A stretch of 64,000 nt of DNA, from NCBI GenBank assembly GCA_964106915.2, contig OZ066914.1. The stretch is one strand, 5' to 3'. The position numbers were made by a program, and so were the translations under genes. Positions 24,222-36,300 of this stretch are shown one piece after another; within the stretch, counting starts at the first letter, position 1; each line of letters opens with the position of its first letter. Source of the stretch: Podarcis gaigeae (Eukaryota). The notes under the pieces are model-generated. The model searched no databases. It saw only the letters and a list, made by a program, of their open reading frames with translations, and was not told the origin of the DNA.

Positions 24222-27147
24222 TGAAGATTCCATGTGACCAACACCGCTCTTAATACCTCAGTTGTATTAGGGGATATGACTGGTCCAGGCTGGGTGCTCT
24301 GTTTAAAAATATGCCACTGAAATGTGTGAAACCTTTTTAAGTGCTGTTTTTCACATCTCCCACCCCAACAGCAATGAAAACCCTAAGGTCTAGGTACTTA
24401 ATACATGCAGTCAAAGAACCTATGCAACATTTTTAGAAGTAGTAAAATTAATAGTATGTAAATATATTTTAAAGCACAGTGAGCCATTTACTAGTCAGTG
24501 ATCCATTTTCTATATTTTGTACTTGCTCATGGTGCATATTATTGGAATCATGTTGGTTTTCTAAGGTATCACCCCTTATGAATGGCTAGTACAACCAACA
24601 CAATGTTTTTCTTCCAGTCTGGTATAACGATCCCCTGGTATAATAAACATGCTAATTATTCACTTGACCACTTACACTAAAGCTGTATCTAATGTGTCTC
24701 CTGTTGGACACTAACACTCCTACCCTTTAAAGACTATTCCAGTCCAGTATTCAGTTTTCCTCTCTTCCTCCCAACTTGTGTTCTGCATTGTACATGAGGT
24801 CTGCAATAAGAAAATGTATTGCCCTTTACTTCATAAGGCCAAGTAGTGAAGTGGTACCCCACTGGCATGATGAATTCTTTCTGTGATATTCTACTTTACC
24901 AGCATCTCTCATATTGGATGAGCTAAAAAAAATCTCTACTCAAGATGCAATGAAAATATTCATTTACCTTAATACTGCATTTCTTAAATGCTGCAGTTTC
25001 ACTCTTGCAGTATGCTTACAGTGGATTAATTTCTAAGGATTTGTGCTCAATGAGCTTTTTACCATAATAGCTAAAAATAAACACTTCTCAGAAAATGATG
25101 TTTAGAGAGCATGAACGGACCAAATGGACTACCAGAAAGCAGTAAAACCACCAGCTGCTTGAAACTTAAATACTGTGAGGACTGCCCTCCTTAATAATGC
25201 CTGCTACAAATTTAAGGAATTAATTGGAAGAAGGGGGTTACTTTAACTTTTCAACCTAAATTGCGAAGCAAGCAGTAGCCCTTTCATACACCCAGGCATT
25301 TTTCTTTTAAAGTCTCAGTAGTTCTGCAGATGGAATGTTGTAAGCCTGCCACAGATCAGGGGATTAAGATAAGTTTTCCCATTCCATAAATATTCTGGAG
25401 GCAGAAGTTTCCACACTAGGGGAAAAAGTTGTTCTTAATTTAAAGCATTTGTATTACCTACTTTCTTCACTGCAGCATTCATGTGATTGTTATTAGGACT
25501 GTTGCACTGCACACAACTGCTTCTTGTTTCCTTTATGAAAATCAGAACACTGTTCTGTCCTGTTCAAAAACTGGCTTTATAGCAAATAGCAGTTCCATGA
25601 GCATTTTGTAACTGCTTGTTTTGTTCCTAAATCTTTGCTCATGCTGATCTGCTCTAAAGACCTTCAAGCCTGCTCTAGCGTAGCACTGTGGACATCTACA
25701 CATCATTAGGCAAGGGTACCACCTGCTGGTGACAAAGTTTTGGTCGCAAAAAACACACATTCCAAATGTAACTTCTGTTGCCATCCTAATAATAATAGCA
25801 CAACTCTGAATGTTTTTGTTTTGCAAGAGAGAGGTCAACATGCAGCCAGCAGACATCCATTAAATCAAACTGTGAAAGCTGGGGTGGGTGGCCGTTTGGA
25901 CTTTACTATTAAGTAACGGGTCCTTGAATGCTTGTACAAGATGAATACTTGAAGCATAAACTACTTAATGGCTTTTCAGCCCTGGAGAGCTTTTGAACGT
26001 ATTTATATCTGTGTCATTTCTTACAGTTCTCGAGCTAGTGCACGCTCTTAATGTCAAAAGCATGAAAAAGTATGTTGTATGTCATTTTTACAAAGGTGAC
26101 TGTTGAAGCATATGCATGCATAGAGCCTGTACTAGGGTTTGTGGTCTGGCTGATGCCACCTCCCTGAAGCAAAGTAGGGCTGAGTTTGGTCAGTGCTTTG
26201 GGTGGGTGACTCTCAACGACATGTATGTCACCTTGAATTCCGTAAAGGAAAAAAGGTTGGCAATAAGTGTAAGAAAATAAAATTGGTTAACAAATGTTCC
26301 CAGAAAGGTTTTCCTATTTGACACACAGGTATGAATGTTTGGCTCAGAGAGTTCCAATGTTGCAGAAAGAGTTTCATGAGCAACAGTCAATGAATATACT
26401 TCAAGGCTATTAAGAATTGGTGGTGTAATGTTTTGAATATGAATAAGCTACACCAAGACTTGCATGAGCAATATGGCTCAAATGTATATGTATACATTTC
26501 CTAGCTTGTAATCAATATTATCTAGAATAGCTTATTGTGGCAATGTTTAGATTATTGTTACAGTATGATTAGGCAATGTCATAGCAGCTGGGTGGTTAAG
26601 ACACTCCCTGCAGTGTCTTCCAATGCAGTTTATGCAGGAAACAGCCCATATTTGTGTCTTAGTCCAAGTACTAGGCATGGTATTTTGGCTATATGGCTTA
26701 AGGGAAGTTGTAAGAGGAGGTTTACTGCCCAAATGCTGCATACATGGTTCTGAAATTGAATCCTGCTGAGACTGCTTGCCTGCCCCCACCCCCACTTTTA
26801 CATCCACCACCCTCCCTCCTTTGGAAGAGCACCTGCCCAACAGTGAAGCTCTTCATGCTGTCCGACCTATAAAATGGGCTTTGGCTTTCATGCTCCAATG
26901 GCAGCATGGCCCCAACAGATAGGATGGTCTCAACAGCAGATTTCACTTTCTGCCTACTCTTACATGGTTCTTACAGGAAGCACTGATGTTCCCCCTGGTT
27001 TTCTGATATGGGGTTCACTAAAGCTGATGGTATGTGAAAAATCCGGGCCAGGGAAGAGAGACAATGACAGAATAATGAACATACTTGAATGGTCATTGTG
27101 AAGTAAATTATATTACTACATCACAAATTTTACAAAACAATTTGATG

Positions 27148-27153
27148 TTTATT
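27148..27153 (-). terminator. Likely CYB5R2 polyadenylation signal
   Basis: AATAAA on the minus strand about 370 nt past the stop, followed by U/GU-rich sequence. Confidence 0.6.
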
Positions 27154-27518
27154 GAATGGAAAACTGTTGGCTTCCCCTGATAGCCTTTTTAAATGCAGCA
27201 TTCTTCTACTGGGTATATAACTACTTTTGGACAAAAGAAGCTGTTGTAATTACATAGTTGTAACAGCATCTCAATGCAGAGGAAGGCATAACCTAGCACC
27301 GTTGGTATGAGAAGCATACAAACAGAGTGCAATGTTGATATAAACACCGGCTGCCATACATCCAGATTATCCCAGACATTTTGGGGATTTCCAATGGCTG
27401 AATCCCAGCTATGTCGGGGAAATACCACTCCCAGCAGTCATCAATTTTACTACCTGCTTTAACACAAAATTTATATTTACCAACAACGTACTATAAAAGG
27501 GATGGTACAACTTCCGGT

Positions 27519-27691
27519 TTAATAAGCAAAAATGTTTTCTTTGGCATACCCTAGCTTTTCAAGATTAGGCAGACAAGCAAACTGAATCATAGGTGGGGGT
27601 CCACACATCAGAATCAGAGTCTCACTGGCAGGAGGAGGCATGTGTTCTTTTATCATGCTATCCGTAATAAAACCAGCACTATACTTCCAGC
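27519..27691 (-). CDS. CYB5R2: CYB5R2 exon 9 (WKYSAGFI...[21 protein letters not shown]...AY*)
   Basis: tttcag| acceptor, 173 nt to TAA. Confidence 0.95.
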
Positions 27692-30600
27692 CTGAAATGA
27701 AAAAATGGTGGACATAGTTAGAAAGCTTCAAGGCTAGTCTTTCATATTAATTACTTGTCTATTATATCACCTTAAGAATACATCAGGACGCGGGTGGCAC
27801 TGTGGGTTAAACCACAGAGCCTAGGACTTGCCGATCAGAAGGTCAGCAGTTCGAATCCCTGCGACGGGGTGAGCTCCCATTGCTCGGTCCCTGCTCCTGC
27901 CAACCTAGCAGTTCGAAAGCACATCAAAGTGCAAGTAGATAAATAGGTACCGCTCTGGCGGGAAGGTAAACGGCGTTTTCGTGCGCTGCTCTGGTTCACC
28001 AGAAGCGGCTTAGTCATGCTGGCCTCATGACTCGGAAGCTGTACGCCGGCTCCCTCAGCCAATAAAGCGAGATGAGTGCCGCAACCCCAGAGTCGGTCAC
28101 GACTGGACCTAATGGTCAGGTGTCCCATTACCTCTAAGAATACATCAGATATGTCTAGAATGTGATATCCAGAGAGGATTCTATCATGATCCAAACACAT
28201 TTAGCTCTCTCATCTAGAAGAGCTTCCCGATTCAGTTCCATAAAGCGACAGCCCCTGACTTGAATGAGTGAGACCATCATGCATGGCAGGAAACCAGTGG
28301 TCCACCAGATAGTTCTGGACTTCCCCACCATGCTGGGTGGAGGCTGATGGGAAGCCAGAGCTCAGCAACATGTTAGCCACTCCTGACAGGTCAGCTGACA
28401 GTTTGATGCACATTCCAAAGACGTAACTAGAACCTAGTAAAGCTCTTACTGAATCTTACAAACAGCATGGACAGCATGTATAAAATGCAACAATCTATAT
28501 GGGGCAGGCTCCTAAACATAAACCAAGAGAAAAAGAAGTTGGTAATTGTTCCTTTGAGCTGCTGTTCCTTCTTCCCCTCTCACCTCCCTCAATAGAAAAT
28601 CCTAACCATCATGATTCCTGTGGTTACCCCCAAAGAAAAGTCTTAACCCCTGATGTTTTTGTCTTACTAGTGAAATAGCATTTTGCTTTGCAAGGGTTCC
28701 TGGGGTGCATCATCAACGACAACCAGGAAAAATGATCGATGACAGAAAAATCCTGGTTCACAAACTTTAAAAGCTCACTAGAATTTATCTAACATCATAG
28801 CACGGCAAACATCCCTACACTAGAAGTGTGCCATACTCAAAGCCAGAGTCGCTTACCCTGAGGTGGTCTGTCCAAAGTGTACCACAGTTTAAACTGATCC
28901 GAGTGATTTGCTGCTACATCTTCAAGCTCTGGTCTCAATAATATATCTTCTTCTGTCTATCGGTAGAAGGTCAGTGAAACATCCATGAAGTACAATAATT
29001 GGGAGATTCATGCATACACACACTTCTCTTAATCACCTTTATGCACCATTGTTTCTAACTTCACTGCCCCCTCTTATTTTTACCTTATTAGGTAAAATCA
29101 ATCAGCTCCTCAAAAGTTTAGCATTGAGGCTACAATTCACTTTGCTTAGAACAGAATTCCAGTGAAGCAGAGCAAACTGACCTTACTTCTGAGTAAGTGT
29201 GATTAACATTAACTTTCTGGCCAAACTTTCTGGTTTATCCTGGATGGGAAAATGCATACAAGCTGCCTTCTCTCGCCACCTCCTAACACTCAAACTGTTG
29301 CTTGTCAAAACCCTGTTTCAGTTCCACTGCTCGAAATCCTTTGTGAGAACCACAGAGAAAAATGAATAAACTAGAGAAGTCTACTCACCTGGTTAGCAAA
29401 AAGAAGGTAACACTTGGTGTTATCTTTGGGGTCCTTTGTAATGTGACGAATTAGTTGAAGCATTGGAGTAATTCCTATAAAAATCAAAGCCAAAAGCAAC
29501 AATTAGATGTTTATTTTCCATTCCCACAAGCAGAGACACTTAATGCTGCCTTATCCTAATTGGATTTTTCTAAGATTTTAGATTACTCCATCCCAGATTT
29601 TGTTTGACTAGCTGTAAAATAGGACAAGGGGAAATGGACTGCTTAGCGGTAGTGCTTGATGATTAGCCTGCATTTACTATATTCAGTGTAGCTGAATTCA
29701 CACTCCATACTAAATCTCTTAGATTGGTAAGTACATTCCTAAAGATGACATCATCATCATCATCATCATTACTACTACTACTACTATTTATTTACCGTAT
29801 TTTTCGCTCTATAACAGTGTTTTTCAACCTTTTTTGGGCAAAGGCACACTTGTTTCATGAAAAAAATCGCAAGGCACACCACCATTAGAAAACGTTAAAA
29901 AATTTAACTCTGTGCCTATATTGACTATATATAAAGTAATTCTCTTGAATAGGAATCAAATTTTCCCCACGGCACACCAGGCAACATCTCGCGGCACACT
30001 AGTGTGCCACGGAACAGTGGTTGAAAAACACTGCTCTATAACACGCACCTCACCATAACACGTACATCGTTTTTAGAGGAGGAAAACAAGGGAAAAAACA
30101 TTCTGAATGAAACAGTGGATGTATCATTTATGTGCTTCATGCTGTGGCCACAGACATGTGATCTGATGGTGAATTTGGGGTGACCCAATGCAAAAATCCT
30201 GAGAATTCCTGTGGATCCATGCTTTGTAACCACGTTTTTGCACCATTGCAGCCCCAGGCAACAGTGGGTGTGTGATTTTTTTGGTGCAGGCTGTAGCCAT
30301 GGACATGCTATGTGATCTGATGGTGAATTTGGGGTGACCCAATGCAAAGATCCTGAGAATCCCTGTGGAGCCATGCTTTGTAACCACGTTTTTGCACCAT
30401 TGCAGCCCCAGGCAACAGTGGGTGCGTGATTTTTTTGGTGCAGGTTGTAGCCATGGACATGCTATGTGATCTGATTGTGAATTTGGGGTGACCCAATGCA
30501 AAGATCCTGAGGATCCATGTGGATCCATGCCTTTTAACCACGTTTTTGCACCATTGCAGCCCCAGGCAACAGTGGGTGCGTGATTTGGGGGGGGCAGGCT

Positions 30601-33358
30601 GTAGCCATAGATATGCTATGTGATCTGATTGTGAATTTGGGGTGACCCAATGCAAAGATCCTGAGAATTCCTGTGGATCCATGCTTTGTAACCACGTTTT
30701 TGCACCATTGCAGCCCCAGGCAACAGTGGGTGCGTGGTTTTGGGGGGGCAGGCTGTAGCCATGGACATGCTATGTGATCTGATGGTAAATTTGGGGTGAC
30801 CCAATGCAAAGATCCTGAGGATCCATGTGGATCTATGCTTTGTAACCACATTTTAAGTGGGGAGCGAAGGAAAAACAAAGAAGGGACATGAGAGGGGTGT
30901 GCAGAGAAGCAGCTGGCTAAGAATGCAGGAGAGGGATTTAACGGGAGGGAGGAAAGAAAGGCAAAAGTTTCNNNNNNNNNNNNNNNNNNNNNNNNNNNNN
31001 NNNNNNNNNNNNNNNNNNNNNNNNNNNNNNNNNNNNNNNNNNNNNNNNNNNNNNNNNNNNNNNNNNNNNNNNNNNNNNNNNNNNNNNNNNNNNNNNNNNN
31101 NNNNNNNNNNNNNNNNNNNNNNNNNNNNNNNNNNNNCACAGAGAGGAATTACCGTATTTTTCGCACCATAGGACGCACTTTTACCCTCCTAAAAAGCAAG
31201 GGAAAATGTGTGTGCGTCCTATGGAGCGAATGCAGGCTTTCGCTGAAGCCTGGAGAGAGAGAGGGGTCGGTGCGCAGGCTTCAGGAAGCTATCCGCTAGC
31301 CGTGGGAGACCCCGCTCTCCCACGGCTAGCGGAGCACTGCACTAATCCCGAAGCTTGGGGCCGGCAAGGTCTCCGCACACCCCAAGCTTCGGGATTAGCG
31401 CTCCGCTAGCCGTGTCTAGGCTGCGGATAGCAGCCTGCTTCCCGGAGCGTCGGGCGCCCTGAAAGCAGAGCGCCCGGCGCTTCTGGAACACATCCGCAGC
31501 GTGGGGACCCTTGTAGGAGTTCCCCACAGGGCTCCCCACGCTGCGGATAGCAGCCTGCCGCCCGGCGGGTGGGGCGCCCTGAAGCAGAGCGCCCCTCGCA
31601 CCGGGCAGACATCCGCAGCGTGCGGAGCCCTGCAGGAGTTCCCCGCAGGGCTCCCCACGCTGCGGATAGCAGCCTGCTGCCTGGCGGGTGGGGCCCGCTG
31701 AAGCAGAGCGCCCCGCGCGCCGGGCAGACATCAGCCAGCCAGACAAGCTCGGGGGACAGCAGGGAGGCGCAGCGCCACTATCCCGCTGTTCCTCGACCTG
31801 GTTCGGTTCCCTGACCTGCTTTTGGGGGGGAAATAAAGGGAATTTTTTTCCCTTTATTTCCCCCCCCAAAAAACTAGGTGCGTCCTATGGTCCAGTGCGC
31901 CCAATTGTGCGAAAAATACGGTAGAAGGAACGACACTGCTTTCCCCTCTGCTTGCCTGGAGGGGAGGGCCTCTCCCTGCTCTTTGTTCCATTTCAGCAAA
32001 CACAGCAACGAAACAGAGGTGGGTGGGCAGTAAGACCCTGAGGCAGAATGCAGGAAAGCAGCCGCTTCCTCTTTTCAGGTTTCCCTTCTCCGTGAAGTGC
32101 GATTTGATTTTTGCCTGATTTTTCGGCTCCAGGGACCACACATTCGCTCTATAACACGCACAGACATTTCCCCTTCCTTTTTAGGAGAAAAAATCTGCGT
32201 GTTATAGAGGGAAAAATACGGTAGTTATTTCTACCCCGCCCATCTATCTGGGTTTCCCCAGCCACCCCTTAGGATCAATATTACCTGCTCCAAGATGGTA
32301 ACTATTTCAGAATTACTGCATGACCCCAAGCTCTTGTGCTCAGGCCATGTTTTCACTGAACCAGACAGTTATAGATTGCTCAGTTCTCAAATCGATGTTG
32401 GCCAGAGCGATACTAGGGTGCAACACAGAAAGCACTCCTGCCTCTTAGCGGCCCCACAACTGCCCCACAAGAATGCAGCCACAGCATCTCCCACCCAGCT
32501 CTTCCTGCAATGCTATCTTCCACCCTTCTGCCATGGGGCGAAAGGAGACTTCTCCAGCAGGTGAAAGGAAACAGTGGCTGATGCAACTGAATATTGAGCT
32601 GAATAAAGGGCAGACCACTGCCATACCATCCATTGCTGAAAGAGGCAGCAGGAATCTTAAATCAGGCCCAAGTAAATGTATTTTGTATAAATGCAACACT
32701 TCTATACTGTTGATAAGTTATAACGGGCCAAAGAGTGACAGAGGCTTTAGTTATCACATAATGCTATCTACTGAGTTAAAACCAGGGGTCAACAAATACT
32801 AAAATGACTTGCCAAGCAGCCTCCTCCACACACTGAGTCCTCTGGCATGAAGGACTTCAGAAGTGCCCACAATGAATATGGGAAAGCCTCAAGCTAGCCC
32901 CACCCAAAGTTTAATGATCACATAAAATATATGCAGTAACTTTAGTTCTTGCCATGTGCTCAACCCTATCTGTCCCCTCACCAAGGCATAATATCATACC
33001 TGTTCCTCCAGCTATCATTCCAACATGTTTTGCAAACTTTATCCTTGCTTCAGACTTCTTATCTGGCTTGATAGAAAATTTACCTATGTGAAAATGAGAT
33101 TACAGCTGTCAAGGCAAACCAAAGAGTGAACCTATGACCATTTCAGCAGCATTTAATCACTGTGCCATGCAACACTGCTCTTTAAATCTGCAATCCTATG
33201 TAAACCTACTGAAATAGTAGGCTTTACCTCCAAGTAAACACAGGATTGAGCTACACAGCTGGTCACTCATCATATTAACAGTGAGGCAATATAGTCTAGC
33301 CAGTAGAAGCCAGGATTTACTTTTTAAATTTTGATCCTTTTTAAATTTTGAGTTTGCC

Positions 33359-33397
<39 letters not shown>

Positions 33398-36300
33398 CCC
33401 TACCAATCTTTTTTTTGTGTGTGCCATGTCTTTTAGTTTATAAGCCTGAGGTGAGTGACACAAGAGAGAAAAAGATTGGTAGGAAGAAAAAGGCAAACTC
33501 GGGGCACTGTTTTTCAGTTGTACAGTTCTTGTAATGACAGCCTGGAATTGAAAGATTTCCATAAGTGGATGGTCCAAATATTTGTGATATCTCAGCAGAA
33601 TTGATGGAGAGGCCCTGCAGTCCGCTCTCTCTCCCTTCCACACAGTCTGATGAAATGACTGCTCCAATTCTACTGCAGCACATGATAGCTTAAATGATTT
33701 AGAGATACACATCATCTTGAAGCTCCCTTGCTTCAGCTGAGATGCTGTAACTCTTACCTCTCAGTGACTTCTGCCCATCTGTCTCTCAAGAGCACCATTA
33801 CTGTTCAGTTGTCACAAATTCCTGTTGATTACCCTCTTTGGCATACTAATGTTACAGTGTTCGGACAACAGGTGAAAGACTGCCCCAAATATCTTCTTCA
33901 TCACATCATCTAGCAGCTATTTTAAGCATCTGGATTCTGTGACCTAATTGTACCTGACCCCTTGTATACCAGAAGTCCATTAGGTCCTCTGAAGTCAATG
34001 GTATCACCAATCTTCATGTTGTCTAAATGCTGGGACATCTTCCCACCTTCTGGAAATTTGGGGTGAATGTTTTTGTAGTAAACCTGTTTGAAGAGGAAGT
34101 GGGGTGAACACACAACAGTGATAGAAAGAATTTAGCCATTTTACTTTAAGGCAAAAGTGAGATGCAATGGAAAGGAGTAAATAACAACATTTTTCACTCT
34201 GCCCTTTGAGCTAAAAATCCCAGGTTTCCCAGAGTTTGTAACACAAAAAAACACTGCACTTCAATTTACCCTACCAGATAAACTTTAAGAACTCAAGTCT
34301 AAAGTACTAAGTCTTATTTAGTCTCTGGATAAGCTTTTGGTAAGGAGTCATCCTAGAAGTAGGCAAGGGGGGGGACACCTGTAGTCGTTCAGATGTTGCT
34401 GGACTCCATCTCCCATCATGGCCAATGGTCAGGAATGATGAGAGTTATGAAATCAATGAATTGCTTTTAGAATGCTGTGTTACTTTTATTGTTGTTAGCT
34501 GCTCTGAGCCCGGCTTCGGCTGGGGAGGGCAGGACATAAATAAAATATTATTGTTGTTATTATTATCCAACATCTGGACAACCACAGGTTCCCCACCCTT
34601 TCTATGACATCATTCCCCCAAAATAGCAAAAGATTCACATTTTTCATTACAAAGTGTTACAGAGCATCACACAATATGCTCACAAGTCACTAATCTTTAT
34701 ATCAAAGCAGAAACATCCTATCTTTAGTATGGCTGGCATAGCACTGGCCGTGCCCTTCTGTTTTATACAAAAACCTGAAATGGACATATTAATCAGATTT
34801 AAGTTTTTTCAACCTATTCCATTCCTGGACAACTTTCACCTGCCACATTTGTGTGCATCAGACAGAGGAGCAAGTAGATAAATGATGGAGGTGCCTGTAT
34901 TCATACTTCGCTCCCTGTGTGCAATGATTCTTTTCAAGCCTTGCAAGAATCCTGGGTTAGATTAAATGTTGCACAAGAGAAGACATTAATGTTACACAAG
35001 AGAAGACAAAACCCCACAGCAGAGCGACATACAAGGATGGCTTGAAAAGAAATCATTAATTTAGCCAACTCAAGTTTTTCCATCTTACTGCAGTTACTGA
35101 AGCAATGAATGATCCAGCCACAGTGGGGGAAGTCACTTGCACACACACTGGTCCTTTAATACTTCCAGTACTCAAGAAAAAATAATAATAAAGTTGCTTC
35201 AGTTACATTTATTCCAATGTATCACTGAAGAAAGAACCAGCTGTTTCTGTACTTCATCTTCCTAATGTCAAGATGCAACCAGGATTTTGAAAGCTTCTTC
35301 CTTCCCCAAGTAAAAACATTAAGCTTATTTCCTGCATAAAGCAGCACATTTAACATGCAACTATACATTTGATCTAGGGGGCGGGGGGAAATAGATCAGT
35401 ACAAATTTCCGTGGCTGGCATTCAAGATATACATCATTACATCCCCCCACCCCTATAACCCACTAAATCCAGCAGAACCTGCAGACATATTCAGTACCCA
35501 CAGTAGAACCAATCTTCAAAACACCCATGAGAGCACTTTAAGGTCATTGTACACACACACACACACAAATGTGAGTTGTGTTTTATTTTCAGTGCCCAGA
35601 CAGACAAGTCTCTGTTAACATGTATAATAAAGGAAGATGAGGCAAAGCATATTTCCCATCATGTCCACATCATTCTCTGATTCCAGAATGAGCCCATACA
35701 CTTTTAAAATATGTTAATAATAACCTAGTGTGCTTCTTCAGACATAAATTTAAAAATGATCTAGTTTCTGGCTGCAAATTGTAATTTAGACCCATGTTTA
35801 TGAGAAATAGAACCAAAATCCAAGCGGATCAAGCTACCAGCATTAAATAAATTTAAATATACCTTTATGATTAAATCAACATAGCCTTTCACATCATCAC
35901 TAGAAACTGGAGTGTAAGCCCGGATCACAAGGTTACCGTCCACTTTGGCAGAGAGATATACGTGTTGGCCTAGGTGGGAGAAACTGTTAACTTTTCATTC
36001 CAAAGTTCATAATAGCATTAACAAACTAGCTAAACTGTTGGGCTGCTCAAAATTTACATTTTTAAAAAAGAGAGAGAGAGAGAGAGAGAGAAAAGAGAAG
36101 AGAAGAGAAGAGAAGAGAAAAGAAAAAAGAAAAGAAAAGAAAAGAATCTTCATAGTTGTGAACATAAGCTTGAAAACACGTGGAAATCAATTTCAGGAAG
36201 ATGAGGAATTGGAAACCAACACAATCTCACATTATGCTTGCAAACATCATTATTTTTAAGCTGTTATGGCAAGAAAAGTCTGTACAATCTTAATTTGCCT

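Larger units (their letters stand above)
29795..32221. mobile_element. Non-autonomous Tc1/mariner-type element (outer) hosting nested insertions
   Basis: TA + ccgtatttttcgctctataa ... ttatagagggaaaaatacgg + TA; spans the assembly gap. Confidence 0.8.

Noticed and set aside
24222-27518. Overlap of the convergent PPFIBP2 and CYB5R2 3' UTRs
   Set aside because: The candidate poly(A) signals I noted (26276 on +, 27148 on -) do not overlap; overlap cannot be shown without transcripts.
30156-30849. CRISPR-like regularly spaced repeat
   Set aside because: Whole units are near-identical with no unique spacers; eukaryotic context; no cas genes.
31152-31921. CpG-island-like region as a promoter
   Set aside because: Entirely bounded by MITE TIRs; CpG content is better explained by a young insertion.
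30036-31924. Cluster of 77-201 aa repetitive ORFs
   Set aside because: Products of the 154-bp and ~120-bp tandem repeats and the N gap inside MITEs; no splice context or domain motifs.
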